DNA of 63,383 bases, filler included, from Reticulomyxa filosa (taxonomy: Eukaryota; Protista; Foraminifera): the NCBI GenBank assembly GCA_000512085.1. It is 20 parts of 20 records of this genome, joined end to end, with 100 filler letters (N's around TTAATTAATTAA, not from the genome) between each part and the next. Parts side by side here need not be neighbours in the genome. Positions count along the whole stretch, not along the records: positions 37,385 to 41,113 come from ASPP01043356.1; positions 41,214 to 45,147 come from ASPP01024005.1; positions 45,248 to 46,876 come from ASPP01003630.1; positions 46,977 to 49,733 come from ASPP01003483.1; positions 49,834 to 54,259 come from ASPP01017047.1; 15 more parts are not named here. One strand, written 5' to 3'. Position 1 is the first letter of the stretch. Each line of letters opens with the position of its first letter. The notes under the pieces were generated by a model. It ran no database searches. It had not been told where the DNA came from and saw only the letters and a program-made list of their open reading frames with translations. The position numbers and the translations under genes are program-made. Positions 38,681 to 51,792 of this stretch are shown here, in pieces.

Positions 38681-41281
38681 AACCTTTTGTTTTTACTTTA
38701 TGTTCAATTTGTAAATATTGTTTGTGTGTTTATTTACAATAGGAACCAATTGTGATGAAAAAAAGAAGAATATGGTGTAAAAACCGCCCCCGTCTCCGCA
38801 AGGAGAAAGTCAGGTTTGTTCTATTTATCATTATTTTTTTAAATATATTTAAATGTTGTGTGTTCCATTATATAGGTTCCCCCGTCCCACCAAAATTAAC
38901 ATTATTTCCCCCCTCAACGCATACACACAAAAATAATGGGGTTGAAGTCTACTCCGTTTGTGAAAAAAACAAAAAAGGTTTGTATATGTTTTTATTTATT
39001 TATATATATGTATACATTTGTTATAAAATGTGTTTTGTACTTGTGATTGAATAGGAATTCCCCCAATGGAAAATCTATATTTGTATATTTATTTGTTTAC
39101 CCCTCCCTCAAATAAAAAAACAAAATTATGTGAAGTGTTTTACCACAGGAAAAAAGACATTATTCTTGAGTCGCCAGCTAATAGCAGTTATAAATATATT
39201 TTGTTTGTTCTTTAAAAAATTATAAAGTGTAACTTTGTTTGTATTGCATATAGGTATCCGGTGTAACAAAAAAAGACGTTTGGGTATATGTATTTTCTTT
39301 AAAGGGATTTGGGAAAAAAGGATATTAAATTGATTATTAAGGGGGGGGGGAGAAAAAAAAGGTAGTAATAAAAATAAAATAAGATAATAAATAAGAAAAA
39401 AAAGATGTAAATAAAAAAAATGAACTAATAAAAAAAAAGATGTAATAATAAAAAAGAAAAAAAAAGTATACAATAAAAAAGAAGAAAAAACAAACATTTT
39501 TATAAGGAAAAAAAGAATATAATAAATGAAAGAGAAAAAAAAGAATATGAAAGAAAACAAAAATTATAATTGAAATATTAATTTTTAATTTTTTTTAAAT
39601 TGGAAAAATAATTTTGTCACTCTCAAGGATAACAATAAAGTTAAGTGACTTATCCTTTTTTTTTATTTGTGTTTGTTTAAAAAGAATAAATTGACACAGC
39701 GAGCTAATATTTTAATTTGTGGTTTGTTTTATGTACACGCTGTTCGGGGTTTGAAGATATCAAGTGAACTGTTGTCAGAAGCGATCAAGCATTAATTTAA
39801 TGACAGTGTCACTACTTTCAACATGTGCATTCAATTCAACTTCAAATCAATTGATCAACTTTTGCGCGTCGACATCTGGGACAATCAATACAGAGGAATA
39901 AATATGTATTCTTTATTTTCATGTAGCTTCTGTGGATATATCTGTAATTCAATCTGCTTTAATCTCGGCCTACCAACAATACGCTGTCGGCAACATTTCG
40001 AATGCTATGATCAATATAAAAGCTTCAAAAAAAATTAGCACACTCATCAATAACAACAATTGCATCATTCAATTCCATTGACTAAAAATCCACATATATA
40101 TTCGCATATCTAACGTCTTACGCTTCCAAGCCGTTTCCAGAGTTGTCCAGATTTATCTAATCTCGGACATAGGTGGATTTGTGCAAGCTCGAACAAGTAG
40201 TTACGTTTCTATTTCTTTAATTATTTTCAACTGATGTGTTATTCCTGTAAATATATGTATGTATAGATTTGATACAATAAAAAACGTTGTCCATGTGAAG
40301 GCGCTAATCACTTGCTCAAAGCAGAATTGGTGCATAATATGTATTCCATCGCTGAACATGTTTTGGCTGAATCGGAGGCAATGGCATTTGCACTATTTAT
40401 GAGTCAAATATTGAACATGGCCGCAACTTAACACAGCCGCAGACAAATGAATGGAATAAAATTCAGCAGTCCTGGTGTTAGCTCCACAACTCCATCAATT
40501 GGCATTTGAGAAAAAATTTAAATTGCATTGCCTGGTCTTAAAGTGTAACCCGTGCTATGAGTCACCACCAAAGATAATAGACACGATGTGGATCCAAATG
40601 CAATACAACTGTGTCATTATCAAACTCGACCTTCTTTTGGTATATGGCAATCACAATTCAAAAACGTTTCGTGTTAAGCCTACAAGTCAATATATGCAAT
40701 ACACAATACATCAATCCAGTACCAGAGTTATAATGAATATAAATGTGAGAAGTAAAGAAGATAGAATGTTTGAACAAATTTATATTCCGTGGACCACTTC
40801 TCATGTGACAAGCAATCCTGTTATTATTTAAACTCAAAACCTGCAAATGCAAGGATCAATCATGGTAGTCCAATTCCCAGGTGTATATTTTATTCTTGTC
40901 ATTTTTTCATTTGTTGTAATATATCTTAATCGAAACAATGTAAACATGGACCTTTTCATTGTACAGTGATTTACTTCAGGTGTTCAACAAAGCAAACAGA
41001 TGGAAAAAGAAATAAGCAAAATACCAGTTAATAGCATTTGAGATATATGGATTAATTCAAGGAATATGACAAGTGGTAATAAATCATGAAAGTATGCTTA
41101 TCGAGAGAAACAANNNNNNNNNNNNNNNNNNNNNNNNNNNNNNNNNNNNNNNNNNNNTTAATTAATTAANNNNNNNNNNNNNNNNNNNNNNNNNNNNNNN
41201 NNNNNNNNNNNNNTACGTGGTAACTTTTTTAATTATTACTATTTATTTTTATATTTTATTTTTTTTTAAAAAAAAATTGAA

Positions 41282-42614
41282 CGAATATTTGCAGACCGCT
41301 GGGGAAATTCGCCAAGCGAAAACGCGAAGTTCTATTGGACGTCAAACTCCGTACGACGTCATGAAAATGGAGATTCGTTAGCAAAGGCGAAAAAGATCTA
41401 TCAGCTGTTTGCAAAGGACGATGGTGACGCGCCGGAGTTGAAGTTAATCGTGTCGAACGAACAAGGCCAGGATGATGAAAAGTCGAACTTGCAAACGCTG
41501 ACAGTTCCATCCACGGTATCATATCATTGCTTTTTTTAATTATTCAAAAAAACCCTTGTTATACACAATTGTGGGTTTGTGTGCTGTAAATCTCTAGAAA
41601 AAATCGGCGGATAGCACTGCGGACAACGAACACGATGAATGGAATATAAACGTGACGGACAGTGATAACGGCAGTGACGACGAAAAAGACAACAGGCAAC
41701 AAGAGCCCTCCATAATCAACCAAAGTCTCACCCAAGGCAAAATGCACTTGTCCTTTCGCAATACAAGTATCAATAATACCAATAAATCGCCTCACAATTT
41801 GCTACGTAGAGACAACTCATCTGGATCGCTTCGCTCCCCGTTACTCGCGAAGAAATCTCGTTCGATGAATAGCAACAATAACAATAATAATAACAATAGT
41901 AATAACAGTAACAGCAGCAATAGCAACAACAGCAAAAAGAATCAGATGAATGAAGTCGCAAATGCAAGCAAAGGTAGTGTGCGCTTCAGCAATACCAAAG
42001 AGTGTATCGACATGCGTGCGAAAGAGGAAGACTACATTCGATTGCATAAGTTTGATGCTGATATTTTCCAATTTGTGAAAGATGGCAATTTGAAAGAACT
42101 GAAACTATTGTTCCGAAAAGGCCATGACTTGAATATCTTGGATTACGATAATCGCAATTTGTTGCATGTTGCTTGCTGTGGCAACAATTTGAATATGGTA
42201 AAGTGGCTGGTTCAAAATGGAGTGAAAATTAACGTTCGTGACTCGCAACTGCAGACGCCGCTGTATGAGGCCAAACGGATTGGGAACGAGGAAATAATCA
42301 CATATTTACAGCATCATGGAGCTGTTGCGATTAGCGTGTTAATTGGCTCCAAACTTTGCGAATTGGGCAGTAAAGGAGATATTCAAGGCCTACATACATT
42401 GTTGAAGGAAGGAAGAGAGTCGTTGTCCGTTGGAGACGCTGATTTTAGAACGGCACTGCATTTGGCCGCTTGTGAAGGCCATATTGAGTGTGTCAAGTGG
42501 TTGGTTGCCAACGGAGCCAATTCCAAAGCTTTGGATCGATTTGGGCATACGCCTCTTGATGATGCAAAAAGATCGAATAGGGATGATATTTGTGAATTTT
42601 TTGAGCAATTGTAG
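41282..42614 (+). CDS. Ankyrin-repeat protein, C-terminal part, 5'-partial
   Basis: DYDNRNLLHVACCGNNLNMVKWLVQNG, QTPLYEA, DFRTALHLAACEGHIECVKWLVANGA, DRFGHTPLDDA. An upstream exon 41282-41515 is open in one frame. Includes a poly-Asn tract. Confidence 0.9.
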
Positions 42615-43014
42615 TTGGTTGTGCTTGTTTTCGATGTTTGAGAGTGTTTGTTAAGTAACTAATTTATACACAATGTCAGCTTTTCACTGTTTTTTTTTGG
42701 CTCAAATCGTCAAATATTTCGTTTTCCCGAAAAGTTTTCGAGCAATAGCAATGAATTGCTCTTTTTACAAAACTTTATCATAAAAAAAGAAGCCTATCTC
42801 CAGACAAACGAGTTTTTTAACATCGTAAAAAAATAAAATGAAGTTTGTATAAAATACTTTTACATTTCATTTGTGCAAAAGTCAATAAAAAAAAGTCATA
42901 ATTTCTCCAAACATAAAGTCCAAAATTTGGGGATAAGTAAAAAAAAAACGGACCACAAAATCATGCGCATTCTTTATATACAACGAAGAGAATTCCCAAA
43001 GCTTCGTTTTCTAT

Positions 43015-45147
43015 TTATTTTTTCTCTTCATTTAATTGAGCGAAGTGCAAATTCTTTGACACTGCCAGCGATGAAAGTTCTGGATCCCACTCTTTGGTTA
43101 TCAAATTTACCTGTAAGAAACAATGGAATAGATCAATATGGCATATTTTTGTATTATATACACATATATATTTACCGTTGCATCTGGTGCAAAATTTTCG
43201 AGAATATACTTTGCCAATGGCTTGTGTCCACGGATTGCCGCACGCATTAGTGGAGTATTACCCTAGTTTTTTGAAATGGTCACAAGACATATATGATTCA
43301 CACAAAACGTTGAATAAAACAACCAAAGTGTGTCATCTCATACATTGTCTTGATGTTTAGAGAGAATGTAGTTTTTTAACGTCATCATCAGGCGCGTTCA
43401 AAAACAGGACACGCTGCTCTTGTGACAATACTTTAGTGATACATTGCATAGCACCAGGGTTTACAGGGAAATGTAAGTAGTTACGACCAAATTTACTCTA
43501 TTTACAATCAAACACAAATGCAATTGTACACGCAAACACATCAAGTTGCATAAAGAAAAAAAAAAGAAGAAGACAACGGATATATGCATTATATTATATG
43601 ATATATTATTACTTTTTGATTCCAGTCGATTGTGCTTGCAAATTGTTCACAGAAAACTTGAATTGTTCGCACTTGATTTTCCAAAATAGCATTTTTGCAG
43701 CCACACATCAAAGGAGTTTCACCCTGTGCATATAATTTTGTTCAAACATTGGAATGACTCTCTGACTGTTTGCAAGTTGTGTATGTTTGTTGGAAGCAGG
43801 CCATTTTCTCATACAAAAGGATACCATTTTGTTCGGCGTGTTAACAATCTTTTTGACGTGTGCGGAATCGATTTTGGGTACAGTTTGTTGCAGAATCTCA
43901 TCATCGCAAAATGACAACACATAATGTAATACATTATCGCCTTTGTTGTCAGATAATGACCAGTTGATGCATTTCGAGAACTTGTCAAGTAAATACCGAA
44001 GGAAATCTTTCCTAGGTGTTGCAAGTGCTACCATCCAAGGGGTGCGACCCTTTTTTTTTTTTTTTTTTTTTTCCCTCCTCCTCTCCGTAAAAATATTACT
44101 AGATATTTTACATTACAAAAAAAAAAAAGGAAATGTATTTTATTAAACTTGTTTGTCTACTGCATTGAAAAATTTTTCTATTTGTTTCTGACCAAACATG
44201 CCGCACATAGCATCCATCATTTGCCTATCCGCACTAAGTGCAGCATGATGTAACAGAGACAAGCCTTGTCGATCCTGTTATATAATACACATACATATAC
44301 GTATATAAATGTATACATATGTAATATGTGTTATTTAGATAAAAAAAAAAAAAAAAAAAGGGAATTGTTATCCAAAACCTTTGAAGTCCAATCAATTTCT
44401 TTCCCAAATTTGGAAATCAAACTAATGGCAACGGATCTGCAGTTTTTTTTTTCATGGACAAGACCTCCCACAGCAAAGTGTTTACCATGGTTTGCGAGGT
44501 TTCGTTATGTGTGTTGCAGCAAACCGCTTTCATGACTTCATGAGTGGGTGAAGTGACGGGTTTGAAAGGATCAAGCAGAGTAAGCGGGTTGTGTTTTTTG
44601 TCATCGGTGCTTTTTGTATCGGCCTGAGGGTCTTCTTCGAGCACTTTAATTTTGATAGGCTCGTGAGTTAGCATGTACTTGACTTCGACGGGTTTGGTGA
44701 CCACGAGTTCGACATAGTGGGCCGAGTCGTCGATGGCCACTTGCAAGTCTTCCTCCATTGGGAAATTGACGAGGTCGCAATAGTCCAGCAGTTCCCTCAC
44801 GCGCACGAGTTCATATAAGCGATGGCACTTTTGTTGCGTCTCCAGAATGGGTTGCAGCAAAAATTGGATTTCTCCGATGAGGTTGCGATTTTGATGAGAT
44901 ATGTGTACATTCATTTTCAAATCCACGTATTGGTTCACATGACTTTTCAATAGCATTTGAATTTGCTCTTCTGGTGTTAGTTCCACATCCACTTCGATAG
45001 TTTCCTCTGTAAATAATATAAATAAAGAGATAAATAAATAGGTATATGTATACGTAGTGTTTAGTTTTTTTTTTTTTTTTTTTTTTTGTAAAAAAAAAAA
45101 AAAAAAAGAAAATCCATGACACACCATTGCCGGCATCGTTTGTAATC
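43015..45147 (-). CDS. Multi-exon ankyrin-repeat protein, 5'-partial
   Basis: Successive exons GRTPWMVALA, GDNVLHY, GETPLMCGC, FGRNYLHF and GNTPLMRAAIRGHKPLAKYIL. Confidence 0.75.
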
Positions 45148-45339
45148 NNNNNNNNNNNNNNNNNNNNNNNNNNNNNNNNNNNNNNNNNNNNTTAATTAAT
45201 TAANNNNNNNNNNNNNNNNNNNNNNNNNNNNNNNNNNNNNNNNNNNNTTTTTTTTGTTTGTTTTTATTAGAGTACTGTTCCTTTTGGGACAAGGTGCTCA
45301 TTTTAACTTGGATAAAATCTCACTCTTGCTATAAAAAAA

Positions 45340-46480
45340 AAATCGATGGAAGCAATGTTCGGACACCAACTGCGACGAAATGCTCGACAGTCTCTTCTTC
45401 TTCACACAAATACAATCAGGAGAGACTGCGCTTCCATCAGGTTAGAAAGGAAATATCGTGGCATTACATGTCTTGGATTATCAAATCCTTCACATATCCA
45501 ATGTCTATTCCACTGCTATGTAAAATATGGATTCAATCCATGATTTTTTTTTAAGCTTTTGCACCGGGATGCGTGAAGGTGTCCGTCATTCACTCATCAC
45601 TGTTATTCGCCCTAACTCCTCTACCTGAAAGTGCAAACTAGGTCGTGGCACAAATATAAAGAAAAAGTTATCCAAACAAAAAGCAGAAAAATAAGCAAAA
45701 GTTGTCAAAATTGTTATAAAAAAAAATTGTTAAAAATTTGTCAAAAAATGTTAGAAAAATATCATAGCAACAACGAACTTGCAAGTTCCTTGACAACTTT
45801 GACTCTTGTATTCCCATGTCTTGTCTCCAATCACCAAATTTGATGTCTTGAACTTGAAGAGCGGCAAAAATGTATTAATTGCTGCTCTAAGTTCTTGATA
45901 ATGTGGATACAGGAAATGTTCCATTTACAATCTGGTGATAGCACTTGTTTGGTCTTAAATAAATATCTATTCAATCCAATTTTGCCTGTAATCACTCTAC
46001 ATTTTTTTTTTAGATGAAAAGAATGTGATTTGTTAAATTGACAGAAAAGTAAAATATTGTAAAACAAGCACCTCGCTCAAAGTTGAACACATTACTAAAT
46101 GATACAATACGTTACAAAATTAACATTTATGCTTCAACATTGAAGCAATAATTTTACTTTAAAATTTGTTTTGGTGAAAATAGACAGTGCAACATTTTAT
46201 ACAATTTAAAGTGATGTCAATTTAGCCAACAAGTTTCCTCGCAGCTTTTCCATACACGCAATTAATTGCTTGCAATAAGTCATGTGACCAAATGTATATT
46301 TCATCCAGGCTTTGCTGCAATGATCACTCATTTCATAGACATCACTTGTGAATATCGATGTCCAAAGTGCCAGGTCATCAGCAAACATTCCACATTGAAT
46401 AGGTTGATTTATGACTGTTGGTAAATCATTAATGTACAACATGAACAATATTGTGGATAAAGCAGATCCTTGGGGAACTC
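45340..46480 (-). mobile_element. Non-LTR retrotransposon fragments: RT core and two C-terminal CCHC-type regions
   Basis: VPQGSALSTILFMLYINDLP...CGMFADDLALW (RT motifs, 46300-46478), RVITGKIGLNRYLFK...SPDC (~45930-46000), and SPDC...EEETVEHF (~45370-45430). Confidence 0.85.
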
Positions 46481-46529
46481 ATTTCTCATTTTATATCTCA
46501 ATCCATTTCTCCAAACACTATCATTCCAT

Positions 46530-46712
46530 CAATTTACAGATTCCATTGTGCAAATTCGTGATTAATGCAATATTCAACATTTGACATCTATAAATTGCCA
46601 ATTATGGATTGTCAGAAGATATTAAAATCATTTAATGAAGATATGTTCCAGAGATCTATTGTATTAAAGGTCATTCTGGGATTCCTGGTAATGAAAAAAA
46701 TAGATAAATAAA
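46530..46712 (+). mobile_element. RNase H fragment of retroelement type, opposite strand to the adjacent RT
   Basis: PEIYCIKGHSGIPGNEK matches the RNase H W-x-x-G-H-x-G-x-x-G-N-E block; degenerate upstream. Confidence 0.75.
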
Positions 46713-48700
46713 AATAAAAAAATTCATCATTATTGGCTAACTAAAAAAGCCAACAGGGGAGTGGAAAAAATGCCAAAATACATCCTTCAATCGCGGCTCG
46801 GCATCTCATTGAAAAAAAATAAAATAAAATAAAACTACCCCCTTCATCATCAATTTCAACTTCGCTGAAAAAGTTANNNNNNNNNNNNNNNNNNNNNNNN
46901 NNNNNNNNNNNNNNNNNNNNTTAATTAATTAANNNNNNNNNNNNNNNNNNNNNNNNNNNNNNNNNNNNNNNNNNNNGTAAGAACTAGTGCTATTTTTAAT
47001 GAAATATGAAAATTAAATTAAAATTGTTAACATTAAAGGAATAATTATAAATATGAACAAATATCTTTCAATTTATTCTGAAAAGCATTGTGCTTACAAA
47101 GATTTAATACAAATTCAAAAATAAGCAACATTGTATTGAAATTTTTGCATTGTAAAATTGTTGTTACTGATTATTGTAATACAAAGATATTTTACGAAAT
47201 GTATGTTTCTTATGTATACGTTAGTCCAGTTTTTCCTTTTTTAAACAAAAGTTCAAACATAGTTTTCATCTCGCATCATGAAAGAATATCCCAAAAAAGT
47301 TATAAGAATCAACTCAAACTTATCAATGAAAGTTAAGTCTAATTTGTCATTACATTTTTATTCTTTCTTTTATTTGTCGTTATTACATGTAATTGAAATA
47401 GTCAAAAGAAGAATAGATCCAATTTCAGATTGCACAAACAGTATTTTTAATGATATGTAATACTTGTTAATCAAATTGAATTTGACACATGCTATAGAAA
47501 AAGAGAAAAAATGTTTTTTATGGAAATATTAACATTGTCATAATCGATTCTTTATTTTTACATTATTATTGTTTAAAATATTTTTATAAAAATGTATTCA
47601 TGTACATAATATACTTTTCTTGGTTTTTGTCAAGTAATGTGTCAAATGTTTGTGAAATTGATATATCGTTTTTTATATCCACACACATTTTGAACGATTA
47701 CAGTTTGATATTCCATATACATTTTTGTCTTTGTTAATTTTATTCTATAAACTCTTTCCTAAGTTTATTCCAGATAAATATAATTAATTCAACGATGTTC
47801 CTAATTGAGTTTTAATGTTACCTTCAGAATATCTAGTTCATATTTCATGTGTTTAATTTATGTCAAATATAAATTATTTTTAAAAAAATAATCAATGGCT
47901 TAATTAAATTATTATATTTGTCTTTTACTTCATCCTAAATCTGTGTTAATACATCTTTCGTAGTAATGTGAACATACTGCTTTAAGATATTTTGAATTTC
48001 AAAAAATTATATTTTAGTTCACGTGAAGTTTTTTCATTACATCTACTAATCATTTGTTGTGAGTTATTATCTTGTTTTTCTTTTTATTCTTCGTTAGATA
48101 CTTTCAAATAATATTTATATAATAATCTTATATCTGTTTCAGTGTCGAAGTCAAAACATTGCGCTTGATCTAACAACATTTGATTAAATGTGATTCCAAT
48201 GAAATAATAATTTTTGAACTCATTTTTAACAATAACATTTTAAAAAATAATTAACAAAATGTGATTTTCCAACACCACTACTTTCGAATAAAGCTAATCT
48301 CTTATCAATATATGAACGTTGTACTTCAAAATCTTTCAACCATTGAATAATTTTTTCCAACTCTTCTTCTCTGGCAAGCAAAGAATAAACTCATTTTAAA
48401 TATATTCGAACAAACTCTTGTTTCAAGAATGCTATTAATTCTTTCTTTTTTTTCTCTTCCTTTTGCTATTCATGACCCATCTTACTCCAGTTTACTTATC
48501 TCTTGTTGCTTTTTCCACTCTGGCCCTATTGATGCTCAGACAAAATGTATAGCCCACATAGTCTTTATTTTTTTCGGATAGGAGACACTTGTTATTTCTC
48601 CAATTTGTTATTACTTATTTGTGAAATATATTTTCATTACAAGCGTCAGCACTTAACACAAACCTTTTTTTTTTTGAAAACAGTTCATATTCTATTAAAA

Positions 48701-49415
48701 ATGCCTGATCTCACTTTCATTGAAGGTAATGTGGTATATGTAAGCGCATAATAAGTGGTCTAAATATCTCCTTTTCTGAATCCAGAAACGATTTTGGCAA
48801 AGCGAGTTCACTACAGCGATGAGTCGTTCCGTGAGTTTATGAATGACTTTCTTGCATTTTACGACTCGATACTGGATCCGAATAGCGACAGGTGGTGTAT
48901 CCTTGTTGTTTAACCCAAAGGATTACTCTTATTGCAGCAAAAAAAAAACACAACCATTTGAACAAAGTGAAAAGCAACACGAAGAGTTATTACGACGATT
49001 GGAGTGGTGGGAATTGAATAATCACTTGAACGAGGTTCGAGAGAAGACATACGAGAAAGACATCGAGCGCTACGAGCAAGAAAAGAAGTCTCTTTTGGAA
49101 TACAAGCAGACGTTGACACAAGACATTGAAAACTTAGAGAAAGAGCTGCAACATGCGAAAAAGCTTCGAAACAATGAGATTGAATGCGACACGTTTTACG
49201 GCAAAATACGCGATTTCGCAGACAGAAATCAAATGACTGTGAAATTGGAAGAAATGAACAAAAACTTGAAAAAGTCCGAAGAGCAAAATCTTTTGTATCA
49301 ACAAACAATTGAACAAAAAGAAAAGCAGTGTTTGAGAGCACTTGCCGCAGTCACTGAGCTTCAACGAGAAACAAATGGCATTTCTTTTCTTCAGCCTAAT
49401 TCAAATGCACCATGA
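48701..49415 (+). CDS. THOC7: THO complex subunit 7 (THOC7/Mft1-like), spliced
   Basis: MPDLTFIE|ETILAKR...; ELQHAKKLRNNEIECDTFYGKIRDFADRNQM...EQKEKQCLRALAAVTELQ is co-linear with THOC7 AKxxRxNxxEYD...PDR...RKQFxxLLxxxxELQ. Confidence 0.68.
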
Positions 49416-50643
49416 TAATTTCTAAAAAAGGAGGCTTTTAACAAAAAAAAAAAAAAACAAATATTTTTTTTTTAATAAATTTTGAACTCAAATTTCAATG
49501 TAACAGTCGCCAATACAACAAAACGCACAAGAAAAAAAGAGGCAAAATAAAGTAGCAATAACAGTTATTAATAAAATCCATAACTTTTTTATTATTATTA
49601 AAAAAAGAAAAAATCAACATTGGAAAAAAAAAGGGAGGGCACAAATGTAAAAAAAAAAAATTTAGATATCAAAAATGGAGAGACCTTTTTTCATAAAACC
49701 ACGAGAGAGAAAAAAAAAAAAAAGAGCTTTGGGNNNNNNNNNNNNNNNNNNNNNNNNNNNNNNNNNNNNNNNNNNNNTTAATTAATTAANNNNNNNNNNN
49801 NNNNNNNNNNNNNNNNNNNNNNNNNNNNNNNNNTGCATTTTTTTTTTTGATAAAATAGTTCAACAAAATATAATGAACATAAATCAAGTAATATTTACAT
49901 AATATATATATTGTAGAATATAAATCCCAAAATTGAATTTAGTAAAAAATGTCCAGAAAAGTATCTTTACTAAAAAAACTAATCCTCAAAAATCTACTCC
50001 AAAAAAAAAGACTTGATGTATAAAAATTTCTTTCACCCTTTTTTAACTTCAAATTAGCTTTGTTTTGTTGATGATATTCTGTACTATTCTATTTATTCTT
50101 TTGATACAACAATTTTTTGAAAATAGAAAATTATATAGAGTATTTTTAAATTTTTTTTTAAAACTGAAGCAGAACAGATAATTTTTCAAGTTTTTTTGTG
50201 CTCATAACTTCGTATCGTAACTTAACACTTTACCTCCTTTTTTTCACGTCTTCAATTCTTTGTCTTTTCTGCTGTCCACCTTTTGTTTCGTTCATAATCG
50301 TTACCTAAGGCTATCACTTAGTAATGGAAATAATGCAACTATTTCGGAATTCAAGTTCAGTCAGCATTTTACTCTATGCAATTTAATGAAATAGATTACA
50401 TTTGTTCTTTTAATGTTTCAAAAAACTTTCCAAAACCATTTGTTTCGCACCACCTCTTTAACGCCAACAACACCCACAAAAAAATTTTTTAAGGACGAAG
50501 AGGACGAAAACAAAAAATGTTGCACAAAATTTTCGTACTCGAAAATTAGAGTCGGTGTTATCATTAGCCCCTTTTGTCTCTTGTTTGGTCACTGCTCGGA
50601 TAAAATCTGCTTTTTCTGCTTCTTTCAATTCCAAAGCATCACA

Positions 50644-50953
50644 ATTTTTGCGGAAAGCAATTGGAGGATGGCCGAACCTTGATTGATTATAAAGAAAGCA
50701 CGTTACATTTGCTGCGTTTACGAGGCGGTGCCTTGCAAATGTAAGTTTTATTTTTTTGTTTCGAACTTTATAGTTAAAAAAAATTGAAATTTTGTCTTAA
50801 AAATAATTTCGTGAATACTTTGACCGGCAAAACTGTTACCTTAGATGTTGAGCCTAATGATACAGCCTAAACGTCAAAGCGAAAATTCAAGATAATGAAG
50901 GAATTCCCTGAACAACAACGCTTAATTTCGCAGGAAAACAATTAGGAGATGGT
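50644..50953 (+). pseudogene. Polyubiquitin remnant (parts of two monomers) with Ala at the junction
   Basis: [28 protein letters not shown](I)|GTAAGT intron|FVNTLTGKTVTLDVEPNDT...VKAKIQDNEGIP-EQQRL...AGKQLGDG, with indels. Confidence 0.88.
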
Positions 50954-50959
50954 CCCCCC

Positions 50960-51598
50960 AATAGTCTGTTCGGTTGGCAATGTGACATTATACACCTTCT
51001 TGAGTAATAAAACAACAATTTTATTGCGTTCAGTTGTCCATTTCCACACGCTTTTTTGTATGCGTATATGTCGATAGTGCAAGCTTATGTTACCACTTTT
51101 TTTAAAAACATGTATAAATACTTTTTTTAAAAAAAAGTCTTTTTCTCAAATATTTGGAGGGAGAGCAAGAAAAAGATGGAGTGAAAAAAAATGCGTATGT
51201 GTTCCGCAAAAAAAAAAGGGCTGATCTAAGTGCAAAGGTGTATCGAGAGCCAATTGCTCCGGAGAGGTGATGTCAATCGCGTCGATGAAGTTTTGAACTA
51301 AGACTTATGTTGCCAAACGCACACTCAAAGTGAAAAGGTTTATTGCGGCTGATCTTGACGTGTTTTTGCAAATGTTTGAGTTCGCTCCCAAGTCCAACAA
51401 TACTTTTATTGATTGTGTCCGATTGAATTCACAAGCACTTAGCAGCTCACTGTCCAAATCTTTTTTTGACAGTTTGCTAAACTGTTGGTACAACTGCTTT
51501 GCTCCTGCTGTGTGCAAATCTTCGTCTTCTAGAATTGCTCTCCTTTGAGAGGCAAAGCGAGATAATCTTAAGCTACTAGCAGAATTTTTATTTCCCAT
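50960..51598 (-). pseudogene. Ankyrin-repeat protein with MGNxxS myristoylation-like start, frameshifted
   Basis: MGNKNSASS...LLSACEFNRTQSIKVLLDLGANSN, then KPFHFECAFGNISL, DTPLHL and ACGNGQLNAIKLL in shifting frames. Confidence 0.6.
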
Positions 51599-51792
51599 GT
51601 AATGCAAACTTAATCAGAGAAGTTGTTATATTTAAAAATTCGTGTAAAAAAAAAAAAAGAGTTCTCAAAACTCGGGCAAAGTGCAAATCTTATTGGTTAG
51701 TTTTCATAACGCGAATAGTTTATTCACCAAGAACAGTATTAACGCTCACAAAAAGGGCAATCAATAATTTAAAAACTCTATCATTAGCAAAA

